A stretch of DNA of 64,000 nt, from contig NC_043002.1 in NCBI RefSeq assembly GCF_006345805.1, positions 94,798,001-94,862,000 on the forward strand, given 5' to 3'. Under the pieces are notes generated by a model. It made no database searches, was not told where the DNA came from, and saw only the letters and a list, made by a program, of their open reading frames with translations. A program made the position numbers and the translations under genes. Positions within the stretch are counted from its first letter, which is position 1; each line of letters begins with the position of its first letter. This document shows, piece by piece, positions 12,456-24,648 of this stretch. Origin of the DNA: Octopus sinensis. Taxonomy: Eukaryota.

Positions 12456-12830
12456 CAGGAGTGGCTGTGTGGTAAGTAGCTTGCTTACCAACCACATGGT
12501 TCCAGGTTCATTCCCACAGTGTGGCACCTTCTACTATAGCCTCGGACCAACCAAAGCCTTGTGAGTGGATTTGGTAGATGGAAACTGAAAGAAGCCCATT
12601 GTATATATGTATGTATGTTTGTGTGTCTGTGTTTATCCCCCCAACATTGCTTGACAACTGATGCTGTTGTGTTTACGTCCCCGTAACTTAGCAGTTTGGC
12701 AAAAGAGACCGATAGAATAAGTACTAGGCTTACAAAGAATAAGTCCTGGGGTTGATTTGCTCGACTAAAGGTGGTGCTCCAGCATGGCTGTAGTCAAATG
12801 ACTGAAACAAGTAAAAGAGAATAAAGGAGT
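12456..12830 (+). mobile_element. tRNA-derived SINE family A
   Basis: caggagtggctgtgtggtaag head, internal (TA/TG)n, tail ccagcatggc..cagtcaaatgactgaaacaagtaaaagag. Confidence 0.9.
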
Positions 12831-12899
12831 ATATATATATATATAAATTTTTTTACACACACATATATATATATATATATATAATAAAATATATACATA

Positions 12900-13353
12900 C
12901 AATATTAGATGTGTACGTATATGTGCAGGGGTACAGCATGAGTACCTATATCACTAATGATAGAAGTCAAAAAATACTTCTGTACCACTGAATAGTCACA
13001 AATCTATTACAGACAAGATAGGAAAATATCAGTGAACAATAATAATGTCTTACCTCAAATGGGTCAGGACAAGTAAATACTGGTCAACTCGGTACCGGTT
13101 TCGAAATTTAGCGCCACCTAGACACGTGATTTCTCATCAGCCAAAGTCCGCTAGCTAAATAACTACTAACATTCTCCCCCGTCATGCCTGCGAAACTTCG
13201 CTTGAAGTGACCAAGCACCGTATGGACAAATGAAATGCGTAAAATCATTTATAAATAAATATAGGGATGATATTATTAAAATACCATCACTATAATTAGC
13301 GATATAGGTACTCATGTGGTACCCTTGTGTATATATGTACATATCTAATATTG
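12900..13353 (-). mobile_element. PLE-like repeat with inverted ends (12901-12963 vs 13290-13353) and an internal HHR
   Basis: Inverted terminal segments plus an HHR at 13087-13147; (TA)n on the left. Confidence 0.6.
13087..13147 (-). ncRNA. Type I hammerhead ribozyme (intact core)
   Basis: Reverse complement actttgg-CTGATGA-gaaat...atttc-GAAA-ccgg-TA-ccgagt. Confidence 0.8.
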
Positions 13354-13354
13354 T

Positions 13355-13608
13355 ATGGTGGCATGTAAAAAGCACCATCCGAACGTGGCTGTTTGCCAGC
13401 CTCGTCTGGCACCTGTGCAGGTGGCACGTAAAAAGCACCCACTACACTCACGGAGTGGTTGGCGTTAGGAAGGACATCCAGCTGTAGAAACACTGCCAGA
13501 TCAGACTGGGCCTGGCGCAGCCTTCTGGCTTCCCAGACCCCAGTTGAATCGTCCAACCCATGCTAGCATGGAAAATGGATGTTAAACGATGATGATGATG
13601 ATGATGAT
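13355..13608 (+). mobile_element. SINE family B
   Basis: ggcacgtaaaaagcacc repeats, ggttggcgttaggaagg.catccagc, (GAT)n tail. Confidence 0.9.
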
Positions 13609-13860
13609 ATACTTTGCTTCTTTTTTTTTTTTTTTAAATGTTTTTGAACATTGGATCTCCAAGCCTACATAAAGCTATAAATAATAACATGTACCTGTAC
13701 ATTACTACAAATTATTCAAGTTGATACTGTACTGTGCAAGGTTTTATGAAAGAGAATCTCCCAGTAAACTCATCGGGTGGCCGCGGGCATTTGATATTCC
13801 TACTCATAAACCTAGTATTCACAGGTTATCATTTATATCTTTATGTCTGATCCATGATCT

Positions 13861-14271
13861 GGATCTTTTCGGTTTGAACAGCAATTTTTAACATAATTTC
13901 TAGGTAACTAAAAAATTTCAAACTTCATATACTGGTAGAATGTGTTTATAAAACATCTTTTTCTCTTGGCTTTATTGAGAAAATTCTATGGTTTGTAAGA
14001 TATTTGTTGTTTTTTTTTCTTCAATTTCTGCAATTTCAACCAATCACTGACGTCTATTGAGGTAAAAAACATTCTGTGCCATATGAATATGTCCCTCGTT
14101 TAAGAAACAGATTGGGTTTATTTACATTTGTGAAGAAAAAAAGATACCCTTCCCCCACCCCCAACCCTAAAACAGAATGAAATGCAATAGATCGAGACTA
14201 GGGTCATAATTATGGGTGACAATTTCATATGACACCGCTAGAAAAAACTGCCGTTCAAACCGAAAAGATCC
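13861..14271 (-). mobile_element. MITE family 1
   Basis: Same TIRs; flanks catgatct/catgatcc. Confidence 0.9.
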
Positions 14272-14769
14272 CATGATCCAATGTTAAAAAGAAAAAAAAT
14301 CACATTCTCTTGAAAGTTTTATAAATTCTTATGGCGTCAACAAGATGCATTTTCAACTCTGATGTTAAATGATGTAGGTTGCCATTCCTTGTCAATTCTG
14401 ATGTTCTTTTCCAGTTGACATGAATACAATACATTCCTGTATGACGTTTTGTCAAATACTAATATAATGTAGACTTTCTGGAAATTGGTGGTCCAGAACA
14501 TCTTATAATCTGCATTAATTTACAAGTAGGGACTTCAAATTCCCACTTTCACTAGACTAGTTTACTGGGTAGTCTTGTTTGATAGTAAAATGCACTGTAC
14601 AGTATTAATAAACTTGTCTCATATATACTCATGTACAGGTACATGTTTTTCTTTTAATAATATATATAAATGTAATAATTGTTTAATTTAGAAGTGAAAA
14701 CTCAGTAACCTAGAAAGGCTCTGGCACTAAATGCTCAGGAAAATCAATGTTGTACATATATTTCTCACA

Positions 14770-14890
14770 ACAGTGCTTAACTGGTACTTAATTTATCGAC
14801 CCCGAAAGGATGAAAGGCAAAGTCGACCTCGGCGGAATTTGAACTCAGAACCTAAATTCTGACGAAATACGGCTACGCATTTTGCCCGTG
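14770..14890 (-). mobile_element. SINE family C fragment
   Basis: Same central domain and B-box. Confidence 0.85.
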
Positions 14891-14974
14891 TTTTTTTTAT
14901 ATATGGGGGGTTAGGGTTTGTGTTAGGGGTGGGAGAAAAGGGTTTCTGTTATCTTCAGAAATGAAAACAAAGTC

Positions 14975-15386
14975 GGCGATCTTTCGTCTCTAGTAGACCT
15001 TTCCGTCGATTTCCGTAAAAAATTTTTTTTTTTTTACATATGGGCTTGCGGGAACTTTTGAAGTAATATACGTACATATACACATACACCGAGTAAAAAA
15101 TTTCAGTTATATCTTTCTTTCACACATTACTCTGTCTCTTCACACACACTAACACAACATACTGTCTGTCTCGCACACCCCATCAAACACACACACGCAC
15201 ACACATATACATCAATGCTTGCCATGCACAGTAACTTCAAAAGAATTTCCCTCGTCATAAAATCGCTTTCTCTTAGTCTCTTTCGGTCTCATTACTTTAA
15301 AAGTTCCCGCAAGCCCATATGTAAAAAAAAAAAAAAAAAATTATACGGAAATCGACGGAAAGGTCTACTAGAGACGAAAGATTGCC
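14975..15386 (+). mobile_element. MITE family 2 (~90-bp TIRs, MULE-like)
   Basis: ggc(a/g)atctttcgtctctagtagacctttccgtcg... TIR; flanks aacaaagtc/acaaaagtc. Confidence 0.85.
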
Positions 15387-15999
15387 ACAAAAGTCAAGTG
15401 TGTACCTATACCGAAGGTTCTCCAAAAAACACTTTCTTGAAATGTATCCGGTACTTTCGGTACCTATACCGAAGTTACGCCATGCTGCGGAATAATCATT
15501 TAAAGATGTTTTTGTTACATGTAACAAAAACATTTTTGTTTTTGTTGAAAAAGAGCCGCAATAATTATGCACCAACCCAATATTTTGAAATGACCGTATT
15601 AAGATTTGTTAAAACTTTACCAACGTACTGCAGCAGTTATTATGAATAACTCTTTTGTCGTACCTTTTTACGATTAAAAGTTAAACACCCTCCACGAATG
15701 GATGGGGGTGAAAGAGAACTTTAGAATTTTGGAAGAAGTATTGGTAAAACATTAATGTCAGTCGTTTCAAATGTTGAACAGAATATTTCTATTAATTGAA
15801 GAATAGTATAATGGGACGAAAAATATCTCATTTTCTCCTCTCTCTACGATAGCAACAGTTTATTTCTGAGTAAAACAGTTTATTTCTGTTTCTCTTTGTG
15901 TTGTGTTGTGTTGTGTGAGTGATGAAAAACAGGATTAAATTCGTTGGAAATTATGCCTGCTACTCAAACCAGGTAAGTACTAATGCATTCTCTTTCTTT

Positions 16000-16404
16000 C
16001 TCTTTTACTTGTTTCAGTCATTTGACTGCGACCATGCTGGAGCACCGCCTTTAATCGAGCAACTCGACCCCTGGACTTATTCTTTTGTTAGCCCAGTACT
16101 TATTCTATCGGTCTCTTTTGCCGAACCGCTAAGTAACGGGGACATAAACACACCAGCATCGGTTGTCAAGCAATGCTAGGGGGACAAACACAGACACACG
16201 AATACACACACGCATATAAATATATATACATATATACGATGGGCTTCTTTTCAGTTTCCGTCTACCAAATCCACTGACAAGGCTTTGGTCGGCCCGAAGC
16301 TATAGTAGAAGACACTTGCCCAAGGTGCCACACAGTAAGACTGAACCCGAAACCATGTGGTTGGTAAACAAGCTAGCTACCTACCACACAGCCACTCGTG
16401 CGCC
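16000..16404 (-). mobile_element. SINE family A, full length
   Basis: Reverse complement of 19162-19558. Confidence 0.9.
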
Positions 16405-16817
16405 ATTCTTGTTAGTTTTTCTTTTAAATTTTTATATTGTATCGAAGAATGGTTTTATAGAGTGGCAAAAGTATGAAAAATCGCAGAAAATAATGAAAAA
16501 AGAACCAACTAAAACAATAAATTTTGATTGTGAAAAGTATGATGAAAAAGAATTGGAAGGTTTAGAACATTTTCTTTAAATAATACGAATTGCAATTGTT
16601 GCAAAAAGGAGAATACAATTAAATAACTATAAATAAAGGAAAAAAAAAAATGTCTGCGAACATCAAAGGTTCGCTAAAATGTCATAATTATACAAGTCTG
16701 CCTCCAACTTTGTTTCCTCATAACTTTCAGAAAAATTATCTTTTTTTACTGAAATTTTCTGCAAATGCCTCTCAGGTGTGGATTGCGATTATGGCGGAAT
16801 TCACTGAGGTGAAAAGG

Positions 16818-17993
16818 AATTGTTGGGTGTGCACACATACATAGATACACGTTACATAATTTTTATCAACATTTCATGTTTCATTCTTTGTGTGCGCGCC
16901 TCCCAATTAATTTTTTATTAGTATTGAAGGATCATTTCGGTTTGAACAGCAGTTTTTTCTAGCGGTGTCGTCATATGAAATTGTCACCCATAATTATGAC
17001 CCTAGTATCGATCTATTGCATTTCAATCTGTTTTAGGGTTAGGGTTAGAGGTGGGGGAAAGGTATCTTTTTTTTCTTCACAAATGTAAATAAACCCAATC
17101 TGTTTCTTAAACAAGGGACATATTCATACGGCACAGAATGTTTTTTTTTTTACCTCAATAGACGTCAGTGATTGGTTAAAATTGCCGAAATGCTTGAAAT
17201 TTCAAACGAAATATGTTACAAACTATAGACTTTTCTCAATAAAGCCAAGAGAAAAAGATGTTTTATAAACACATTCTACCAGTATACGAAGTTAAATTTT
17301 TTTAGTTACCTAGAAATTATGTTAAAAACTGCCGTTCAAACCGAAAAGATGCAATTGTTGGGTGTGCACACATACATAGATACACGTTACATAATTTTTA
17401 TCAACATTTCATGTTTCATTCTTTGTGTGCGCGCCTCCCAATTAATTTTTTATTAGTATTGAAGGATCATTTCGGTTTGAACAGCAGTTTTTTCTAGCGG
17501 TGTCGTCATATGAAATTGTCACCCATAATTATGACCCTAGTATCGATCTATTGCATTTCAATCTGTTTTAGGGTTAGGGTTAGAGGTGGGGGAAAGGTAT
17601 CTTTTTTTTCTTCACAAATGTAAATAAACCCAATCTGTTTCTTAAACAAGGGACATATTCATACGGCACAGAATGTTTTTTTTTACCTCAATAGACGTCA
17701 GTGATTGGTTAAAATTGCCGAAATGCTTGAAATTTCAAACGAAATATGTTACAAACTATAGACTTTTCTCAATAAAGCCAAGAGAAAAAGATGTTTTATA
17801 AACACATTCTACCAGTATACGAAGTTTAAATTTTTTTAGTTACCTAGAAATTATGTTAAAAACTGCCGTTCAAACCGAAAAGATGCAATTGTTGAGTGTG
17901 CACACATACATAGATACATGTTACATAATTTTTATCAACATTTCATGTTTCATTCTTTGTGTGCGCGCCTCCCAATTAATTTATTAGCATTGA
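16818..17993 (+). repeat. Tandem duplication X-MITE1-X-MITE1-X (535-bp unit; MITEs at 16929-17352 and 17464-17886)
   Basis: Near-identical units sharing private mutations (ggatcatttc, agatgc). Confidence 0.9.
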
Positions 17994-18316
17994 TTTCCGA
18001 CATGATCGTAATCAACATTGCCTGTAAAGTATTTCTAGTGAGTTTCATTTTAAGTATTTCAGTTTTTCTTTGAAGTTATGAGGAGACAAAGTCTAGTGGG
18101 AGAAGGTACATTTGTGTGTGGTATACCGAGAAAAATATCATTTTAATGGTGATTGCCGTTCCAGTGGCACAATAATGGTGAGGGGGAGGAGACAATCGTT
18201 TTAAAACAAAGATTTAAATAATTTTTTCAAGAGCTTCTCCCTGTTGTTTGAAATGTGCTGTAAAGAAAAACTGAAAAAATCCCGACTAAAACGAAGAAAA
18301 TTGTGGGACACCTATT

Positions 18317-18713
18317 GGCAATCTTTCGTCTCTAGTAGACCTTTCCGTCGATTTCCGTAAAAATTCTTTTTTTTTACATATGGGCTTGCGGGAACTTTTG
18401 AAGTAATGAGAGCGAAAGAGACTAAGAGAAAGCGATTGTATGACGAGGGAAGTTCTTTTGAAGTTACCGTCCAGAGGAAGCATTGATGTACATGTGTGTG
18501 TGTGTTTGATGGGGTGTGGGAGACAGACAGTATGTTGTGTAAGTGAAGTGCTTCTGTTAGTGTGTGTGAAAGAAAGAGATAACTGAAATTTTTTACTTGG
18601 TGTATGTGTATATGTATGTATATTACTTCAAAAGTTCCCGCAAGCCCATATGTAAAAAAAAAAATTTTTTTACGGAAATCGACGGAAAGGTCTACTAGAG
18701 ACGAAAGATTGCC
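18317..18713 (-). mobile_element. MITE family 2
   Basis: Inverted copy of 14975-15386; flanks gggacacctatt/gggacagctact. Confidence 0.85.
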
Positions 18714-18814
18714 GGGACAGCTACTCCGTAAGGTCCATATTTTAAAATATAGACATTACGATTCTGAAACACCCCCAACTCCTTCTCTTCTCGCTTCTTT
18801 CAACTTGAAAACGT

Positions 18815-18850
18815 TTAAAAACGTCACTTGCGCATGCGTAGATACGTGCT
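18815..18850. promoter_or_regulatory. Candidate promoter motifs (CRE half-site and NRF1-like)
   Basis: acgtca 18821-18826 and tgcgcatgcg 18829-18838 in a CpG-rich patch. Confidence 0.3.
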
Positions 18851-19161
18851 AAGCAATTAGCAGACGATCCTTTATTAACAACGAAAAAATCTTTATTTTT
18901 TAAAAAAATTATTTCGAAATTTAAGTCTCATTTCCACTACCACAATCTTTTTCTAATTTTTGATTATTAATTTTTTTTTTTTTAAATTTACAAATTTAAA
19001 GGCAATTTTTGCTTTTATTTACATATATTTGCATGTCTGTGGGAATGACTGACTGATAGTGAAAGCAGACATGTGTACATAAACTCAAAGACTGCAAGTT
19101 TGAAAATAGAGAGATTATTCTGAAGAAAAAAAATTTTTTCAAAATTTCCAATTTCCAAATA

Positions 19162-19558
19162 GGCGCAGGAGTGGCTGTGTGGTAAGTAACTTGCTAACCA
19201 ACCACATGGTTCCGGGTTCAGTCCCACTGCGTGGCATCTTGGGCAAGTGTCTTCTGCTATAGCCTTGGGCCGACCAAAGCCTTGTGAGTGGATTTAGTAG
19301 ACGGAAACTGAAAGAAGCCTGTCGTATATATGTGTATGTGTGTGTATATGTTTGTGTGTCTGTGTTTGTCCCTCTAGCATTGCTTGACAACCGATGCTGG
19401 TGTGTTTATGTCCCCGTCACTTAGCGGTTCGGCAAAAGAGACCGATAGAATAAGTACTGGGCTTACAAAGAATGTCTCGGGGTCGATTTGCTCGACTAAA
19501 GGCGGTGCTCCAGCATGGCCACAGTCAAAATGACTGAAACCAGTAAAAGAGTAAAGAG
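19162..19558 (+). mobile_element. SINE family A, full length, young
   Basis: Complete head-body-tail, CpGs retained. Confidence 0.9.
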
Positions 19559-19601
19559 TTGTTAAATCCACCAACCTGGCCCTTTAGCTGTTTATATTTA
19601 A

Positions 19602-20115
19602 CTAGCAGTATCGCCCGGCGTTGCTCGGGTTTGTAAGGGAAATAACTATATAAGCATTTTTAGAGAGTTACTTCCTTTATAGATGCCAATTCGGGCTTTC
19701 TTAGCCATTTCTGTTTTGGTGTCTTCAAGCCATGAAGTCGTTGTTCTAAAAGAACGCTGGTCTCCTTGACAACGCATTACGACGTTGATTTCCTTACACT
19801 CCCTTCCCCACAGCTTCACGAGGGAGAGAAGGGGGAGAAGCAAACACAGGTGCAGGTGTTTGAGCGTGGACGCCAACTCCGCCGCCATCGAGACACGAAA
19901 AATTATGCATTAAAATGGAATAAAAAATGATGTTAAATTATTTTTAAAATCGTAGACTCATCGTAGACGCGCGCTAATAGCCAGACGGGCTCGATATTAA
20001 TCACGACTATAAGATACCCGAATTTGGTTAAACTGCACCGCAAAATGTGGGAGGAGTTAGGAATCTAAATCGTAGGGGACAGACACTCACACAACTACAG
20101 TTTTATATATATAGA
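19602..20115 (-). mobile_element. Non-autonomous Helitron
   Basis: On the minus strand: 5' TCtatatatataaaa ... cccgagcaacgccgggcgatactgCTAG 3'. Confidence 0.85.
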
Positions 20116-20200
20116 TTAAATGTTTGAGGGGTGGTGTTGTATGTAAAGTCGTTGACCCAAATTTAATGTTTGCTCTATAACCAATGCTTCTTTATATATA

Positions 20201-20598
20201 TCTTTATATATAAAAGTCAAGTTGTGTGTCTGTCTCCTACGATTTAGATTCCTAACTACTCCCACATTTTGCGGTGCAGTTTAACCAAAACCGGGTATCT
20301 TATAGTCGTGATTCATATCGAGCCCTTCTGGGTATCAGCGCGCGTCTACGATGAGTCTACGATTTAAAAAAAAATTACCATAATTTTTTTCCATTTTAAT
20401 GCATTTTTTCGCTATTATATAAAGGGAAGTAACTATCTAAAAATGTCTACGATGAGTCAATGATTTAAAAAAAAATTTACCATAATTTTTTTTCCACTTT
20501 TAATGCATTATTTTGCTATTTTTTGGCTATAACTCTCTAAAAATGCTTATACAGTTATTTCCCTTACAAACCCGAACAACGCCAGGCGATACTGCTAG
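20201..20598 (+). mobile_element. Non-autonomous Helitron, same family
   Basis: a|TCtttatatataaaa ... cccgaacaacgccaggcgatactgCTAG|t. Confidence 0.85.
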
Positions 20599-21954
20599 TA
20601 TATATATATATATATATAGATTGATAGATGGGTACATTCTCATATATGTTGCTATAAAAACATCTCATTATTAAAGAAGGGTTTTGTTAGAGGAGATTAA
20701 TTTTTCTGTTGTCGAAGACTCATCATTTTCTCAGTGGACCCAGAAGTTTTTGTACGCAAGCAGCAGCAATTTTCTGTAGCTGAATACATGCAATTGGTTT
20801 AAAATTACCCAAATACGACAACTTTAACACGAAATAACTTCTAATATACAAAATTTTGTCAAAAACATATAGAGTAAACCCCATTCTACGTGTCACATTC
20901 TACCAGTATTCGAAGTTTCAAAGTGTTTAGTTAAAAAAATTTAATTAAAAAATCTGTATGTGAACTACAACTCATACTATTTCTATCGCCACATTACCAT
21001 CTCAACTGTCAATCTACAACCGCCCTCACCGTCTCTATGCCTACTATTACTCTCACCCCAGCAAGAGGAGTAGAAGTGTCATTGAATAGTGAGAGGGGTC
21101 AAAGTGTGACTCACTAAGAAACAGAAATTTGTTTCGGCATTTATTATTATTATAGATTATTGAGATAAAGTTTAGCAGAAAAGTTAGAGCATGTCAGGCA
21201 AAAAGTGTGTTTGTCAGTTCTAGGATGTGATTGAATGTCATTTGATAGAGGGGCTAGAGAGGATTTCCTGAAGATCCTCCTTGTAACTTGATCTTCATAC
21301 ACCTTTCTATTGACTAGATAAGTTTGATACCTAAATAAAGCGGATATCCTCTTGCCATGCAGTCAAATGTTTTTAAAAGAAGTACTTACCCGAACACTTG
21401 CCTAAGTTTCACTTTTATTGGCGTAAGTCCATTGAACGTGTTTATCCACTTCGTTTGTAGTACTCTCTACTATTTATTTGTTAGGAATAGAAGTTAACCA
21501 TAATCCAGTGGTTGTTAGACAGTGCACTACAAACAGGATCTAGGTGCAGATATTTTATAATTTAAGGCACTAAAAATCTGTATTTGAGAATCTTCGAAAT
21601 ATGTTATGTATAATTTTGTTCGACACGTCTATGAATAATTAATTAAACAAGGTAAGCTCTAATTTTACATGTTATCATTATTTCTATGGTATTATTATCT
21701 CATAACAGTCGATAAATGTTTTTACTGAAATGTTTCATGCCGTAAATGAAGAGGTGAATTCAGTGAGCATCAGACACGTCTGTATTAACCTTTCGAACAT
21801 TGCACATATAACACAGTAAACAAACTGTTCTGAATCTAAGTGAAAGGTAAACAAGAAACTGTCAATAATTCGCAGTACGTGTAGGCATGGTTGTGTGGTT
21901 AAGAAGCTCATTTTGCAACCACATGGTTTTGAGCTCAGTCCTACTATGTTGCTA

Positions 21955-22340
21955 GTGGAGGCGCAATGGCCCAGTGGTTAGGGCAGCGGACTCGCGGTCG
22001 TAGGATCGCGGTTTCGATTCCCAGACCGGGCGTTGTGAGTGTTTATTGAGCGAAAACACCTAAAGCTCCACGAGGCTCCGGCAGGGCATGGTGGTAATCC
22101 CTGCTGTACTCTTTCACCACAACTTTCTCTCACTCTTTCTTCCTGTTTCTGTTGTACCTGTATTTCAAAGGGCCGGCCTTGTCACTCTCTGTGTCACGCT
22201 GAATATCCCCGAGAACTGCGTTAAGGGTACACGTGTCTGTGGAGTGCTTAGCCACTTACACGTTAATTTCACGAGCAGGCTGTTCCGTTGGTCGGATCAA
22301 CCGGAACCCTCATCGTCGTAACCGACGGAGTGCTTCCATC
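21955..22340 (+). mobile_element. SINE family D, tail variant 2, inserted in a SINE A head
   Basis: Intact tRNA-like head; TSD-like actatgttgc (21943-21952) / actatgtcgc (22342-22351). Confidence 0.9.
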
Positions 22341-22440
22341 CACTATGTCGCACCTTTATATTTGAATTATTTCTGTGGGAGGTTTTAGAACGTAAAACCC
22401 GCGATAGACGAGGGATTACTGTATGTATATATATGACCGC

Positions 22441-22757
22441 GTGTGTACCGTTGGCGATTTTTTTTCCTGTCATCCCTTCTCTGGATCTTTCCTTCTCCTA
22501 TGTTTCCGACGAAGAGCTCCGCTCGAAACGTTAAACCTTCCTTCTTTCCTGAGCGTCCAATAATACTATATTTATTCCACGTCCTCGCGTTTTTTTTGTG
22601 CTTTCTTGTTTGGATTAACCTTATTTATATATATGTATATATATATATACTAAATCCCACAAAACGAAGAACAAACACAAAAAAAACATGAGGATGTGGT
22701 TCATGTAAAGTATTAGCAGATGCTCAGGAAAGAAACATGGTTTAATGTTTCAAGCGT
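22441..22757. mobile_element. PLE terminal-repeat-like element (22441-22620) plus a decayed inverted copy (22650-22757)
   Basis: Contains a minimal HHR; a second copy of the family lies at 29685-29880. Confidence 0.65.
22502..22536 (+). ncRNA. Minimal hammerhead-like motif (variant core)
   Basis: gttt-CCGACGA-a-gagc-tcc-gctc-GAAA-cg-TT-aaac. Confidence 0.6.
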
Positions 22758-22759
22758 GA

Positions 22760-23088
22760 TCGTTACCAGCGTCACCTTACTGGCACTTGTGTCAGTGGCA
22801 TGTGAAAAAATATTTGAGCGAGGTCATTGCCAGTGCCGCTGGACTGGCTCCTGTGCAGGTGGCACCATTTGAGCATGGCCGTTGCTAGTACTGCCTGACT
22901 GGCTCTCGTGCCGGTGGCACGTAAAAGGACCCACTCTCGGAGTGGTTGGCGTTAGGAAGTGCATCCAATTGTAGAAACTCTGCTAGATCAGATTGGACCC
23001 TGATGCGGCCATCTGGTTCACCAATCCTCAGTCAAATCGTCCAAACCATGCCAGCATGGAAAGCGGACATTAAATGATGATGATGATA
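22760..23088 (+). mobile_element. SINE family B
   Basis: Internal tandem ggcacgtaaaa repeats and (GAT)n tail. Confidence 0.85.
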
Positions 23089-23827
23089 TTTATCTGCACA
23101 TGTGTGTGTATGTATGTATATATAATTTTATGTGCCTGTGTGTTTATTATGTATGTCTATGTATGTATGCATGTATGTCTGTATGTATAGAAGTATGAAC
23201 ATATGTGTTTGTGCCTCTTTGCTGTAAAATTGCATGATAGTTGTAAACAAGTGCCAATGTAATTCATGTGGTATCATTCTTTTCCAATCTTCCATGAAAA
23301 CATGTCTGGTCATGAGGAAAAAACTACCTTGCTTAGAAACAAGTGTTAACAACAAGAAGTGTATCTTGCTGTAGAAAATCTACCTCAAATTCTGTCTCAT
23401 CTATGCAAGCATGGAAAAAATGATGAGGAGGAGGGGGGAAAAAAATCCTTACCAAGTTCAATAAAATCTATTTTTATTATGTTGGCACTTGTAACTTATG
23501 GATTTTCCTGTTGCAATTTATCTTGCAAGTATTGTTATTCGTATACAATCCTGTGACTTATAACATTACTCGTCAAGCCGAGTGAAGCATTCTTTATAAG
23601 TATCATTACTCTCTTACATAAAACGGTTCTTTTGATTTTTTTGTGTTATCAAATAAATAACCAGTAACTGAACTGAACAAGGTCAAAATAGGCAGACAAA
23701 CAGGATGGGCAGCCACTTGAGCATTGATAATACAGGAGTCAGTGACCATAAAAAAACAAATAAAAACATTGCCACTCCAAAATCGACTTGGAATTAAAAT
23801 ATTACAACTTGTAAATATAGGTGCAGT

Positions 23828-24196
23828 CATGCATGGCTGTGTGGTAAGAAAATTGCTTGTCAACCACATGATTTTAGGTTCAGTTCCACTGTATGACATT
23901 TTGGGCCAGCGTCTGTTACTATAGCCTTGGGCTGACCAAACCTTATAAGTGGATTTTGTAGGGGAAACTGAAAGAATCATGTGTATTTGTGTGTGTGTTT
24001 GTGTATTTATATGTGTCTTTGTGTTTGTCCTCCACTGACACATGACAACTAATGTTGGTTTGTTTATATCCCCATAACTTAGCGGTTCAGCAAAATGGAT
24101 TGACAGGAGAAGTACCTGACTTATACTGGGATCAATTTGTTTGACTAAAATGTTTCAAGATAGTGCCCCAGCATGGCTGCAGTCCAATGTCTGAAC
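23828..24196 (+). mobile_element. SINE family A, diverged
   Basis: Head-to-tail similarity to 19162. Confidence 0.85.
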
Positions 24197-24321
24197 TTTA
24201 ACCTGTTAGAAAAAGCAGCCAGACCTCACTCAAAACACTTGCCTTACAATTTTAAATAAAATTGACTTAGGAGTAGATAACAACTTCAATGAGTTATTAT
24301 GGTGAAAGAGAAATACACTTG

Positions 24322-24648
24322 TACTCTTTTACTTGTTTCAGTCATGTGACTGTGGCCATGCTGGAGCACCACCTTTAGTCGAGCAAATCAACCCCAGGAC
24401 TTATTCTTTGTAAGCCTAGTACTTATTTTATCAGTCTCTTTTGCCGAACCGCTAAGTTATGGGATGTGAACACACCATCATCGGTTGTCAAGCTTCTTTC
24501 AGTTTCCGTCTACCAAATCCACTCACAAGGCTTTGGTCAGCCCAAGGCTATAGTAGAAGACACTTGCCCAAGGTGCCATGCAGTGGGACTGAACCCGGAA
24601 CCATGTTGTTGGTAAGCAAGCTACTTACCACACAGCCACTCCTACGCC
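24322..24648 (-). mobile_element. SINE family A with internal deletion
   Basis: Lacks the central microsatellite segment. Confidence 0.85.

Noticed and set aside
15215-15649. 144-aa ORF
   Set aside because: Runs through the MITE2 TIR and a poly-A tract; no recognisable domain
17032-17050. Interstitial telomere
   Set aside because: Only 2-3 TTAGGG units, internal to a MITE
21955-22030. tRNA gene
   Set aside because: It is a SINE head continuing into a repeated body with a TSD, and has no proper acceptor stem
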